IMG/VR virus record: IMGVR_UViG_3300013307_000003
Coordinates: 8,530 to 72,529 of that record
Length of the DNA stretch: 64,000 bases
DNA from: a virus
Direction: 5' to 3' (one strand)
Shown piece after piece: positions 1-9,724 of this stretch (positions are counted from its first letter, which is position 1; each line of letters begins with the position of its first letter). Position numbers and translations under genes: made by a program. The notes beneath the pieces were generated by a model that was not told the DNA's origin, ran no database searches, and saw only the letters and a list, made by a program, of their open reading frames with translations.

Positions 1-1
1 G

Positions 2-298
2 ATCTACAACAGCGGCGACGGCGTGCATCCGAACGCGGCGGGCGCGGCGGTGATCGCTAGCCAGCGCGCCAGCGTTCGTGCCGCCTACTACGGCGGTTCG
101 CCGCGCACGGTCGGCAAGATCACGCAGCCGATCTCCTTCGGCGCGATGAGCATGAGAAGGTACGGGTCGTTTGCCGGGAAAACTGTTCCGGTCACGACGC
201 CCGATGTCCGCGTCACCTTCCGAGGAGGCGGCCGCAAGGTCTCGTATTCAGGCGGCGGACGTAAAACAACTCTAGGCGGAGGAGGCGGGCGTGGCTGA
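2..298 (+). CDS. 3' end of a probable tail fibre/virion protein with an SGNH-hydrolase-like motif (5'-truncated by the window)
   Basis: Frame open from base 2 reads IYNSGDGVHPNAAGAAVIA; DGxHP is the SGNH/GDSL block V motif; lies just upstream of lysis genes. Confidence 0.55.
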   Translation: MYNSGDGVHPNAAGAAVIASQRASVRAAYYGGSPRTVGKITQPISFGAMSMRRYGSFAGKTVPVTTPDVRVTFRGGGRKVSYSGGGRKTTLGGGGGRG

Positions 299-629
299 CG
301 TTTACACGGTAATCCGACAGGGCGAGAAGGACTTGATCTACTCGCCTGAGTACGACCCCGACAGCGGCACTCTTACGTTCGCTTCCGGCACCGTAACCCT
401 CTACGACGCAGCCGGGGCTGTGGCGGGCGGCGTCGATGCGCTCGCTGTGACCGACTTCACGAGCGGGGCGTCGAGCGGGCCGCAGGCGTGGTGGCTCATG
501 GATCTCACGAACGCCGGGCTGACGCTCGCGCCTGGGGTCTACGAGTTGTGTTTTACGATGATCGACAGCAACGGGCGGGACCGGATTTCGGTTGTCGGGG
601 TCACGGTTAAGACGCCGTACGGGCCATAA
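291..629 (+). CDS. small beta-rich virion-associated protein (fibre adaptor-like)
   Basis: 112 aa ORF, GGAGGAGG RBS, overlaps previous gene; function from position only. Confidence 0.45.
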   Translation: MADVYTVIRQGEKDLIYSPEYDPDSGTLTFASGTVTLYDAAGAVAGGVDALAVTDFTSGASSGPQAWWLMDLTNAGLTLAPGVYELCFTMIDSNGRDRISVVGVTVKTPYGP

Positions 630-697
630 ATCTTTTTTATCATCGTCACTTTTCTGGCGCATACATACCCGCCATCACCTCGTGATAGGATAGGCGA

Positions 698-1195
698 ATG
701 CAAGCGGTAACGACTATTCAAGGGACGAAGCGGCACATGCCTACATTTACGCCCGGTTGGAACGCCCCCACATACCTGACGATCGCCATAGCCTGTATAG
801 GCACTGCCGGTCTCGTGATCGTCGCGTTCGTCACGTCGCGCTATAGCCTGCTCTCAAAAATCCTCGAAAGCAAGGATGCCGACAATAAGCTATCCGAGGA
901 GCGGGCGCAGGCGTTCACGAACCGTTTTGACGGCATGGAGAACAAGCTCCACTCAATCGAGGCGGAACTGCAAACGAGCAGGAGCGAGACGCTGGCAGCG
1001 CGGCAGGAGATACTGGCAGTCAAGCAGGAAAACGCCGACCTGCGCGCTGAGAACGCGACACTCAAGATCGCGATGCAGGCGCGTGACATGGAGTTCGCGG
1101 CGATGAAGACGGAGAATAAGCGGCTCTCCGGGGAGTGCGAGAGCATGAGGCGGAGGATACAGCAACTACATCCGGATAAGGATTTGATTGGGTAA
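698..1195 (+). CDS. membrane-anchored coiled-coil protein (lysis module, inner-spanin-like)
   Basis: One TM segment (YLTIAIACIGTAGLVIVAFV) followed by long heptad repeats. Confidence 0.5.
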   Translation: MQAVTTIQGTKRHMPTFTPGWNAPTYLTIAIACIGTAGLVIVAFVTSRYSLLSKILESKDADNKLSEERAQAFTNRFDGMENKLHSIEAELQTSRSETLAARQEILAVKQENADLRAENATLKIAMQARDMEFAAMKTENKRLSGECESMRRRIQQLHPDKDLIG

Positions 1196-1208
1196 CGGAG
1201 GCAAGGCA

Positions 1209-1397
1209 ATGTCATTGTTAATCAGTTTACTTATAACAGCACTGGTGGTGTGGCTGATCTTCTACTGTATCGGTAAGCTACCACTTGACCCGGTTGTCAA
1301 GCAGGTCGTGCAGGTCGTGCTTGCGGTCCTGTGCTTGATCTGGCTGTTGCAGGTGTTCCTGCACATCGCGCCGGGGTTCTGGTATCCGAGGTACTGA
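1209..1397 (+). CDS. small two-TM membrane protein (holin candidate)
   Basis: MSLLISLLITALVVWLIFY...VVLAVLCLIWLLQVF: two hydrophobic helices. Confidence 0.55.
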   Translation: MSLLISLLITALVVWLIFYCIGKLPLDPVVKQVVQVVLAVLCLIWLLQVFLHIAPGFWYPRY

Positions 1398-1407
1398 GGA
1401 GAAAACA

Positions 1408-1812
1408 ATGAGCATAGACCTATTCAACGAAATCAAGGGGCTTGCCGGGAACCTGCCGGTCGGTGCGTTCAAAGCCCTGCCGCCAGATCGGTGGGACCAC
1501 GTTTCTTTCCAGGGCGTTCAGAAGGCGAAGGTCACGGCTCACAGCGTGGGCTTCGATCCGATCCATCAGATTGCGACGGCCTCGTGGACCTACGCCGACC
1601 TCGTGGACCCTTCGAAGGTCGATACGATCAAGGCGACGATTGACGCCAAGGGGCACGCGACGATCACGCTCGACGGCGTTTCCGAGGCGAATGCGCGGAT
1701 TGCGGTGAGGCCGATCGTGCAGCTCTTTTCGGTGAAGTTCTCGATTGAGTTGATCTATGATTTGAATGGCGTGAGGCAGGATACGAGGCTAGACGGCAGG
1801 GCATTCCCGTAG
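1408..1812 (+). CDS. hypothetical protein
   Basis: GAGGAG RBS, 134 aa ORF in operon. Confidence 0.6.
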   Translation: MSIDLFNEIKGLAGNLPVGAFKALPPDRWDHVSFQGVQKAKVTAHSVGFDPIHQIATASWTYADLVDPSKVDTIKATIDAKGHATITLDGVSEANARIAVRPIVQLFSVKFSIELIYDLNGVRQDTRLDGRAFP

Positions 1813-1861
1813 CCTGTGCGTGGCACTGAGAGGCCCTAGCGCATGATCTGAGGGGAACCGT

Positions 1862-2035
1862 ATGACTAATCGAATAGATCGCGAAATCGCTGAGATGAAA
1901 CAGCGGCGCGAAGTCGTGATTGAGCAGATCGTGCAGGCGTTTCAGAGGGCGCACAAGACGGTCGCGCCGATTATCGACAGAGAAGCAAAGGCAGAGCGCG
2001 TTCCTGCAGAAATCATGAACCTTCGGTTGGATTGA
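1862..2035 (+). CDS. hypothetical 57 aa protein (not in ORF track)
   Basis: GAGGGG RBS; reads MTNRIDREIAEMKQRREVV...MNLRLD*. Confidence 0.5.
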   Translation: MTNRIDREIAEMKQRREVVIEQIVQAFQRAHKTVAPIIDREAKAERVPAEIMNLRLD

Positions 2036-2048
2036 AAGGACACGAGAA

Positions 2049-2312
2049 ATGCATTACAAGAATGGCCGCGAAGCGAAAATCGGGGACAAGGTTGTGCTAT
2101 TCCCAACATATGGGGCACCTGTCATCGGCATACTGTACGATGCCGTCGCTGGCAACAACTACTGCAACGGTCGGCTTGCTCCGGTGTCGCCTTCTGATCC
2201 ATCTCCGAACCTCCGGGAATGCCTTCATTTCGATGATGTGAAGGACGCCGTGACTGCGTCGGGTGTCGTATTCGACAACAAGGATGAGCCTGTTGTTAAG
2301 GCTGAGCAATGA
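2049..2312 (+). CDS. hypothetical phage protein
   Basis: AAGGA RBS; MHYKNGREAKIGDKVV N-terminus. Confidence 0.6.
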   Translation: MHYKNGREAKIGDKVVLFPTYGAPVIGILYDAVAGNNYCNGRLAPVSPSDPSPNLRECLHFDDVKDAVTASGVVFDNKDEPVVKAEQ

Positions 2313-2616
2313 AAGCGCAACCCGTAAATATCGGCTTCGGCAAGCTGTAAGCGGTGAAAGGGATTATCGAATGATCAGCGAGATTACGGCTCGTGCGCTT
2401 ACGCTTTCGACGGGCAAGCGTCTGGAATTGACGGAGGCTGAGCACGAAGAGCTTGAGACATGGTTCTGCGAGGCGAACGCCCTGCCTCTGCGCACGGCGA
2501 ACCCACCACCGATTTACCTGACACAGACGCCAAGCGTGCCGCCCGAGATGAGCGAGCCGGTAGTGAATAGCGGACTGGTGACGACGGACCCTCCTCCGGG
2601 CGGGGAGGCGGCATGA
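2309..2616 (+). CDS. hypothetical protein
   Basis: ATGA overlaps with both neighbours; start uncertain. Confidence 0.45.
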
Positions 2617-2843
2617 GCAAGATAAATCCTATCATCTGGGCAATCATCGTCGCGATGCTAGCAGAGGTGGCTCTGACGCTGGCGAAATTGCCGGTACCTG
2701 CCATCATAGACCATGCCCTTTTCGTGTTTATTGGCGTGCTGGTGCCGTATGAGCGGTTCTTGCCCAACCAGACCACGAGTGTAAGCAGCATAAGCACGGT
2801 TACACCGCCGCCTGCTGATCCATCCGGGCCGCCTGCGATATAA
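2613..2843 (+). CDS. two-TM membrane protein (holin candidate)
   Basis: GGAGG RBS, two hydrophobic segments, upstream of endolysin. Confidence 0.55.
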   Translation: MSKINPIIWAIIVAMLAEVALTLAKLPVPAIIDHALFVFIGVLVPYERFLPNQTTSVSSISTVTPPPADPSGPPAI

Positions 2844-2916
2844 TAGAAGTCCGGGTACGCAACCAAGTGGTACCGGGACGCGGCCCACTCTAAAAACCGT
2901 CCCACCGATTTACCGA

Positions 2917-3091
2917 TTTGATCCTGCGGCGGCGTGGAGGGACAACGAAGGTTGGCTCCCTTAATCGACACGCTCAAGTAAAGCCTGGTGTTCCCTACCG
3001 TTGGTGATTAGACTATAAGCCGACGGGGTTTGCAGTCGTTCCGCAAGATCGATGAACACAAGCCGGAGTAGCGACCGGCCCGCAGATCAAA
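2917..3091 (+). ncRNA. putative structured RNA with tRNA-like geometry
   Basis: TTTGATC(C)TGCGG/CCGCAGATCAAA closing stem; GCGTG/CACGC arm; GTGTTC/GAACAC arm; GCCGG-AGTAGCGA-CCGGC arm abutting the closing stem; no plausible ORF. Confidence 0.55.
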
Positions 3092-3122
3092 ACCACAGTG
3101 GGTCTGGTAATTCACCGGGTCG

Positions 3123-3157
3123 GCGCGCCGCTTCTGAACAAGGACCGGCGCGCTTTT
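3123..3157 (+). terminator. intrinsic terminator-like hairpin after the RNA
   Basis: GCGCGCCG...CGGCGCGC followed by TTTT. Confidence 0.4.
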
Positions 3158-3235
3158 AGTTTGTCACCGGAGAACCGCATGAAACCGCGATTTACCTTCC
3201 TGTAGTGCTGTCTTAGCACTTACAGGAGGAGACGA

Positions 3236-3670
3236 GTGAGAACAAGAGACTGGCGGCGGGCGCAGCGTGAGAAGCGCACGAAGGCCGCCTACAACCGCGC
3301 CGTGGATGATTTCAACGACGACCAGGTTGCGCGCAGCATGTTCCCTCGCTATCGCGGGGCGCGCTGGCAGGACACGCTTCGTTCGTTCATGAGGAACGAG
3401 GGGCGCAATTGGAATTGCGATCGCTTGCGTTGGCGCGAATGCGGGAAGTGTTCACACATTATCGGCCATTGCGAATGCCACGGATGGAACACGCGCCGCC
3501 GAAATGAGGCGATGGCTTACGATCTGCGCGGCACGCCGTGGGAGCACGATCCGCCGCTGAACGAGGAACCGCCGTTCGGCTATCACGAGGCCGAAACCGA
3601 ATACGTACCCGACGTTCCGCTACTCAAACGGGTGGCGGATTTTTCTTTGTCTGGAGTTTTATCGCCATGA
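3236..3670 (+). CDS. hypothetical protein (Arg-rich N-terminus, Cys/His cluster)
   Basis: AGGAGG RBS, GTG start. Confidence 0.6.
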   Translation: MRTRDWRRAQREKRTKAAYNRAVDDFNDDQVARSMFPRYRGARWQDTLRSFMRNEGRNWNCDRLRWRECGKCSHIIGHCECHGWNTRRRNEAMAYDLRGTPWEHDPPLNEEPPFGYHEAETEYVPDVPLLKRVADFSLSGVLSP

Positions 3671-3873
3671 GCATCGACACCACAACCCGCCAAGATCAAT
3701 GGCGCGGCGAGAAGCGTGTCATCCTCCGACTGCGTTCTCCTTTCACGCCTATCGGCTTCATCTCGATCCCGTACAACGTCGCTGATGAGATGCGCAAGCG
3801 CGAGAACATCCTGCACAATCGGGGGCCGGTGAGAGTGGATACGACGGGCAAGGATTGGAGTGCGATAAGATGA
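3667..3873 (+). CDS. hypothetical protein
   Basis: ATGA overlaps at both ends. Confidence 0.5.
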   Translation: MSIDTTTRQDQWRGEKRVILRLRSPFTPIGFISIPYNVADEMRKRENILHNRGPVRVDTTGKDWSAIR

Positions 3874-4472
3874 GCACATCACACGGCCTTGATACAACTC
3901 AAGATTGCACGCCTCATATTCCAGCGATCAAGGCGGCAGGCATCTCCTTCGTGTGCAGGTACGCCTCCCACAGTGCGTGGAAGAACATGACACCGGAGGA
4001 AGTGCGGGCACTTTCGAAGGCGGGTATCTACATCTGCACCGTGTGGGAGATAGGCGACCAGGAAAGCTACTTCACGCGGGCGCAGGGACTAATGGACGGA
4101 GCAGGTTCATTCGCTTTTTGCCAACATCTAGGACAGCCGTTCAACTCACCGATTTACTACGCGGTCGATCTCGACATCAACCCGACCAAAGTAGTCCAGT
4201 ATTTTCAGGCAGTCCGAGAGAGCCTTCAGCGGCACGGTCAAATCGGTAAGACGACGTACGAGGTCGGTGTGTACGGACCCGGCGCAGTCTGCAAGTTCCT
4301 GCACGATGCAGGGTTAGTTTCGTTCACATGGATAGACCAATCACCGGGACACAGCGGGGCCGACTATGCCGATTGGAACCTCAAGCAACTCCCGTCGGCC
4401 ACAATCGCGGGCATGAATGCGGACGGTGATGTCAGCCGTGGCAACGGCGGCGGATGGATGGTGAAGGCATGA
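3870..4472 (+). CDS. endolysin, DUF1906/Rv2525c-like (GH25-related) peptidoglycan hydrolase
   Basis: GLDT...FVCRY...KNMT..E...VWE...IYYAVD...GVYG motif pattern. Confidence 0.8.
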   Translation: MSTSHGLDTTQDCTPHIPAIKAAGISFVCRYASHSAWKNMTPEEVRALSKAGIYICTVWEIGDQESYFTRAQGLMDGAGSFAFCQHLGQPFNSPIYYAVDLDINPTKVVQYFQAVRESLQRHGQIGKTTYEVGVYGPGAVCKFLHDAGLVSFTWIDQSPGHSGADYADWNLKQLPSATIAGMNADGDVSRGNGGGWMVKA

Positions 4473-4632
4473 GCACTGACAACACCTCCAACTACCGCAA
4501 ACGCCGCCCGGCCCCCGAACCCCCAGCCCGCCGTGCCGCTCGGAAGCGCATTCTGGCGGCGTATGCCGAGCGGAGGAGGAGGATGGAGGAGGCGGTGGTG
4601 CGGTGCGTGGTGAGGGGGCAAAGGCAAAACGC

Positions 4633-6036
4633 GTGAACATTATAGCTCTCACAGCAAGCCAGACGGCCATTGACAACCCCGCCGCTATCAACACATGGCT
4701 TGACCAGGTCGGCAAGGAGGGACATACCGTCACTCCTCTGACGCTCCCCGCCGATGCTAGCGTTCAGTCCGTCTGGGACATTATCCAGAGCCACAAACCT
4801 AACCATACGCAGTTGTTCGGACGCGTGCCTCTGCCGCTCGTTAGAAGCGTTATTGACGGCCACCTCAATCCGGATGGAACCATGCGTGCCGGGGAGTGCG
4901 TTGCGCCTTACTGCAACGACAGCCTGGACTCGTGGTGGCCGCAAGCCGATGGAACGTTCCTTCAGTCGGGAGGCTTCGCGAGTTCCCCGGCGGTGCGCAC
5001 CTGCTCGTTAATTGATGGCTCGAACCTCGTTCAGATTGGCACTGAGCAGGCGATGTTCGACCGCATGATGGCATTCAATCAAGCGTATCGAACGGGCGCG
5101 TTTGACTACGGAACAGATGGATGCTTTGTGGACTATCTCGACCAGATACAGCCGATACGTGCTCAAATCATTAGCGACCTTCAGTCCGTTGTTGGAGGAG
5201 AGGTTCACGTCACGGATTTGACTACCTCAGTTGACGCCGATAGATGGCATTTCTTCACGGTCAACAAGGGTAAAAGGTTTCTAGTCGGCGGTTTCTTCGA
5301 CGGCGGAATTGGTCGTGACGGCGGTGTTGGAGAATACAACACCGGGAGCATGGCCGACTTCGCGAGCGGTAACGTGATGATCGCAGTCGCCTTGATGTTT
5401 TGCAGCAACGGTTGGATGATGAGGTACTGGCCTCTCCAGAGAGCGTTGCTGGCAGGCGGCTCTGTGGCAGTGCTCTACGACCCGTGGGCGCAATTTAGCC
5501 TTGCGGGTTGGGATGAGACGACGCCTCTTGCAACGGTGTTCCTGCGCGAGATGCGGGCCAACTACGAGATGATATTTTCAGGCGTCGGCGACTATACGAT
5601 TACGAGGAGGGCGGGAGACGTGGCGATTGACCCGAGAGTTGATGGTTTGTTGACCCGCGTCGCCGCTCTGGAAACCCAGGCGAAGGCTGACGCTATCGCG
5701 ATTGCGGCACTTACGCCAGGCGGCGGCGGCGACACGACCGACACCGGAACAGCCATCACGATCCTGAGTGCCAAGTACCGCCAGGTCGCTAGCACGACAA
5801 CGTTCAAAGACGCCACGGCCGTCGTGCAGGCGCTTGTGGCGTCCGGCAAGCCGTTCTTCGTGTACTCGGATGCGAGCGTCAACGGCAACGGCCCGTGCCT
5901 GAGCGATCCGAGTTGGGGCGTCAATCCGAAAGACCCGTATCCGGGCGTGCTGAAGGAACTCGTCGTCACTTATTCGAAGGGGACGGGTGCGGCGCAGACG
6001 GTTGTGTTCGGGCAGTTTGCGGCGGTGGTGTTCTAG
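4633..6036 (+). CDS. multidomain protein: peptidase-C25-like N-terminus, coiled coil, lectin-like (SUEL/DUF3395-like) C-terminus
   Basis: LFGRVPLP..NPDG near N-terminus; ILSAKY..DATAVVQALV..DPYPGVLKELVVTY at C-terminus. Confidence 0.45.
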   Translation: MNIIALTASQTAIDNPAAINTWLDQVGKEGHTVTPLTLPADASVQSVWDIIQSHKPNHTQLFGRVPLPLVRSVIDGHLNPDGTMRAGECVAPYCNDSLDSWWPQADGTFLQSGGFASSPAVRTCSLIDGSNLVQIGTEQAMFDRMMAFNQAYRTGAFDYGTDGCFVDYLDQIQPIRAQIISDLQSVVGGEVHVTDLTTSVDADRWHFFTVNKGKRFLVGGFFDGGIGRDGGVGEYNTGSMADFASGNVMIAVALMFCSNGWMMRYWPLQRALLAGGSVAVLYDPWAQFSLAGWDETTPLATVFLREMRANYEMIFSGVGDYTITRRAGDVAIDPRVDGLLTRVAALETQAKADAIAIAALTPGGGGDTTDTGTAITILSAKYRQVASTTTFKDATAVVQALVASGKPFFVYSDASVNGNGPCLSDPSWGVNPKDPYPGVLKELVVTYSKGTGAAQTVVFGQFAAVVF

Positions 6037-6515
6037 GACGCACTTATCCTCAATTGGGCAACGCCCGGCAGAAGCGGTGGCATCTTGCCGTTCTGATACA
6101 TTTCACGCAGTTGCGGCTCCGCCCATTCGTGGACGGTCATGCCATTCTCCATCACAGTATCGGCCAGGAACTCGCGCTCGATCGTACTGACACCGCACTC
6201 AATCGCTTCAAGTTTGGCTTTGAGGATCAAAACGAGCGCGCGCCATCGTTGCCTGCAAGCCTGCTCGTAGAATTCATTCTGTGAGTTCTGGACGCGCAGT
6301 TTGCCGGTTTCGGTGTGCGTAATCTGCTTATCCTTGCGATCTGGCAGCGGAAGAACCATTCTGATGAAGCGCGACTGCACCCTGAACCCTATCACGGCAT
6401 TTTCAGCGTTCCACCCGTGCATAAACTGGTCGGCTCCGTAGCGTTGCAGAATGCGCTCTATCTCAGTCTTACTGGTCGCGACCGTCACCCGCGTGTCGCT
6501 TGCGTATTTTGACAT
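6033..6515 (-). CDS. conserved phage hypothetical protein
   Basis: SKYASDTRV..SKTEIERIL..QRWRALVLILKAKLEAIECG; converges on lysis operon. Confidence 0.7.
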   Translation of the reverse strand: MSKYASDTRVTVATSKTEIERILQRYGADQFMHGWNAENAVIGFRVQSRFIRMVLPLPDRKDKQITHTETGKLRVQNSQNEFYEQACRQRWRALVLILKAKLEAIECGVSTIEREFLADTVMENGMTVHEWAEPQLREMYQNGKMPPLLPGVAQLRISAS

Positions 6516-6516
6516 G

Positions 6517-6735
6517 TTACTTGTTCTCCCCCACACATTCCTGACATCCCCTGCGCCTGTGCCGTATACACTCGCCGACGTTTGGGAGCACCCTGATCTC
6601 TGAACCGAAAAGTGGAACGAATGACCTCGGCTTCCTCCGCTCCCGCTCTAGCCCCATGCACAATTTGCAATCTGTGGACCACGGTTCAGCGTGCCGGAGT
6701 TTGCAAAGACTACATAATCTAATTGTTTTGGCCAT
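6517..6735 (-). CDS. small Cys-rich hypothetical protein
   Basis: CxxC...CxxC; overlaps HNH gene end. Confidence 0.45.
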   Translation of the reverse strand: MAKTIRLCSLCKLRHAEPWSTDCKLCMGLERERRKPRSFVPLFGSEIRVLPNVGECIRHRRRGCQECVGENK

Positions 6736-7354
6736 GTTTTTTTCGCGCATCCTGTGCCTGCTGCCGAATCGTAGTGCATTTCCTGCACACGCGTCCAGTA
6801 GTGTTTTTTAGCTGACGGATGTAAGTGTTTTCGGGAGAGAACTCGTGACCACGGATGCAATGTGTTTTGAGACGATTGTTGTAAGAAGGTGTGCCCGGAG
6901 TCACAAATGTATGCTCGGAGTGCGTTAAGTCCTCAAGATGGTCAGGATTGACACAAAGCTTGTTATGGCAAATGTGGTGTAAGACTTCCTTTGTCACCAC
7001 GCGGCCAAAAACAACCGTATAGCTGTATTTGTGAGTGCGCAAGTTTTTTCCGTTGTGATGTATCACGCCGTACCCAGAGCCGTCGCTCTTGCCGGGCCAA
7101 ATCCAGCACCCGTCTTCTTGCACTTTCAGTACTGATAAGAACTTTTGCGGGGACCACTTTCGCACGTGCCATCGAATTTTTCTTATCCGTAAACGATTCG
7201 CCCGTGTTTCAACGGACGAACTGCTGCGGTTGAGCGCTTCCGCGATTTGTGAGATCGGCACCGATGGGTAAAACTCACGCAGGTAATCGTCTTCTTCTGT
7301 AGACCAAGGGGTATAATTCGCGGCAGCACCGCTTAAACGGGGTAAACTAGTCAT
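6719..7354 (-). CDS. HNH homing-type endonuclease with N-terminal HTH/Myb-like domain
   Basis: CWIW..GYG..HK.SY..HHICHNKLCVNPDHL; C-terminal KTHCIRGHEF..CRKC; N-terminal WSTEEDDYL. Confidence 0.85.
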   Translation of the reverse strand: MTSLPRLSGAAANYTPWSTEEDDYLREFYPSVPISQIAEALNRSSSSVETRANRLRIRKIRWHVRKWSPQKFLSVLKVQEDGCWIWPGKSDGSGYGVIHHNGKNLRTHKYSYTVVFGRVVTKEVLHHICHNKLCVNPDHLEDLTHSEHTFVTPGTPSYNNRLKTHCIRGHEFSPENTYIRQLKNTTGRVCRKCTTIRQQAQDARKKHGQNN

Positions 7355-7466
7355 GATGATCTCCTTCTAATCCAAGGCGATTGTCCACGCAGAGGGTGTG
7401 CCAACACGCCTCTGCATACCCATTTATTTTACCCCAAATTGCTCGTTATTTGTATACCTTTTAAGA

Positions 7467-9724
7467 TCAAACCCTGCCTCCTTGTGGCGTATCTTTATAT
7501 GCTTTGTACGCTCGCTCGAATGCTACCTGCGGGTCTTTGTCTCTTGCCTCCACGAAGTCGTTAGCAAGTTGGTCATTGTGGATGCGACATACCACGACAC
7601 CATCCCACGGAAGGAAATCGCTTTCGAATGTAACCTCTACACATTCCGCTTGAAGACGACGCCAAGCGGCCAGCATCTTGTCAGCCGTCATGGGCGGATC
7701 GTGCGTCGGCCATTCCGGTAAATACTCTATCGTGATCTTCTGCGGCTTGATGCCACGATCAATCAATCTCCTTCTCTCTAATGCAGCCTCTTCCTCGCTC
7801 GAAAGAAACTTGGTCATGTCACCGTGCTTTACGGCCCAACAGGGTTGATTATTCAATTCCAACATCCTTCCTTGAATGGCAGAGGCGGCGCGGGCCGGTC
7901 ATCGATCCGCCTCCTCGTCTTCAAAGTCTCGAGGGTCAAGGAATACAGGCGGTCTACGCACCACAGGAGCGCGCACAAACTCTACGAGGTATTCGCCCGA
8001 CCCGTCCTTGTCGCATCGATGCGGAGTGATTACGTGTTGTTTGCATTGGGGACACAACAATACTGCGTGGATGCCAGGGCGACTGGTCGTGCTTAGCACC
8101 TCGGCTTTCATGGCCGCACGGATCGCATCGCGTACTGTCCTGCCGAAATGCCTCGCATCGTCGCCCTCGCCATCCCATCCGGTTTCTGTAACTACCATTA
8201 CCTCGTTTCCGTGCCGTCCTTGAAAGCACGCGATTTCGGTTCCGTGGCACGATCGCTTCTCAAGCCAGTCGAGCATAGCCTTGTCATCAACCTCAAACGT
8301 CGGGACGCCTGCCTGCTTCTTTGCCCAATCCGGCAATTGATCGGCGCGTTCGCTGGCAATGTCGAGTTGCTTCTGGAACCATGTTGGATCGGTGCTCACG
8401 GTTTCACCTCGCTCTCCTTCGGCAGCGGCGGGAGGTCGCGCCACTCAGAAGGAGCGGGAATTGGTGTTCCGTTAGATGCTAACCAGCATTCATCAACGTA
8501 CGACCCCAGAGTTTTTATTTCTACATCACGCCAGTTATCCGGCGGCTCACTTCCCGGCTTCCATCCGCCAGTCGCGGTTTCATACCACTCCCCTTGCGTA
8601 TGCCCGTCTCTGCCGTCCGACTTCACGTACCCCAGTTCAGCGAGTTTTGCCGCTGCGTTGCCGTACTCTTCCTCAGCAAAGTATAGAACGACTGGCCCCC
8701 ATTCCTCGCACGCCTTCCTGCTGCGCTCAAGATATTCCTCGCGGGTCTGCCCCTTTCGCGTGCCGTAGAGCAATTCAATTACGCCCTTGATTGTCGGTTT
8801 GCCGGTCGCGACTTCTTGCTCGGCTTCGGCGATTAGGAGGGCGAGTTCGCAGTCGGGCTTATGCTTGTGTGTGCCAGAGCATTCGTTGCCCTTTTGACAT
8901 TCCATGCATCCGTAATAATCTCGGTTTTGGCTATCGGTATAGTGCCAATGCGTGGCGGCTGTCTTCAGCACCGGCAGCACTTTCTTAGCGTCCATCGCTC
9001 GCCTCCCCGATTTCAATAACGGCCGCCTGTATCTTGTTGACGGCGGCGAGTTCATCGGCAGACATTCGTTTTGTCAGGCTGTCCATTTCGGCCCGGCACG
9101 CCTCTGCCATTGCACTGTCGGGCGCTAATGCAAACAACTCTCCTTGCAAGTCGGCGAACCATGTGAGCCATCGAACAAAATAGCCGCTAACATTTTCCAT
9201 CCGCCTCTCCTTTTCTGAAATCGCCCCGCAATTCCCACAAATCCGCACACGCCTTCCATCCACCGTCCGCAGCTCGTCGGTCCTGCATCCTAGGTTGGCG
9301 CAGATTGAGGTGTCGCGGGGTGGGGTGCGGGGTTTCACTTCGCTTCCGGCGCTTCCGCGTGCATCGCAAATCCGCCTGGAAGGTACACAGTGCCGCCCTC
9401 GCTCGACACCAGATCAACAAATTGCGCCAACGTGCAACCGGCAAAAATCGGCGTTTTCTTCTCGCTTGAGTACCGAGACTGCCTAAGCCACGCAATCTCG
9501 CCTCGGTTGATTGCCTCTACGCTCCACGGGCTGTTACAGTGGTCGGTACACGGTTCGTCGTATTCGGCGTCGAATGCTATCTTGAAAGCGTCGTACGGCG
9601 TTCCTGCGTTATGTTCATATGGCCGGTCATTCCAATCGTCAGCCCACATCTCTGTGGGTGGCTTGTGAGAAAAGTACGCCCACGGTGCGCGGGCGTAGCA
9701 TAGTTGTAAGTCGCGGTATTTCAT
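7467..9724 (-). other. run of coupled hypothetical early genes (7467-7865, 7899-8399, 8396-8995, 8985-9338, 9335-9724)
   Basis: Overlapping start/stop codons and GGAG RBSs; no recognisable domains. Confidence 0.6.

Noticed and set aside
2917-3091. tmRNA or canonical tRNA
   Set aside because: No GGGG 5' end, TTC loop, CCA or tag reading frame; kept only as tRNA-like
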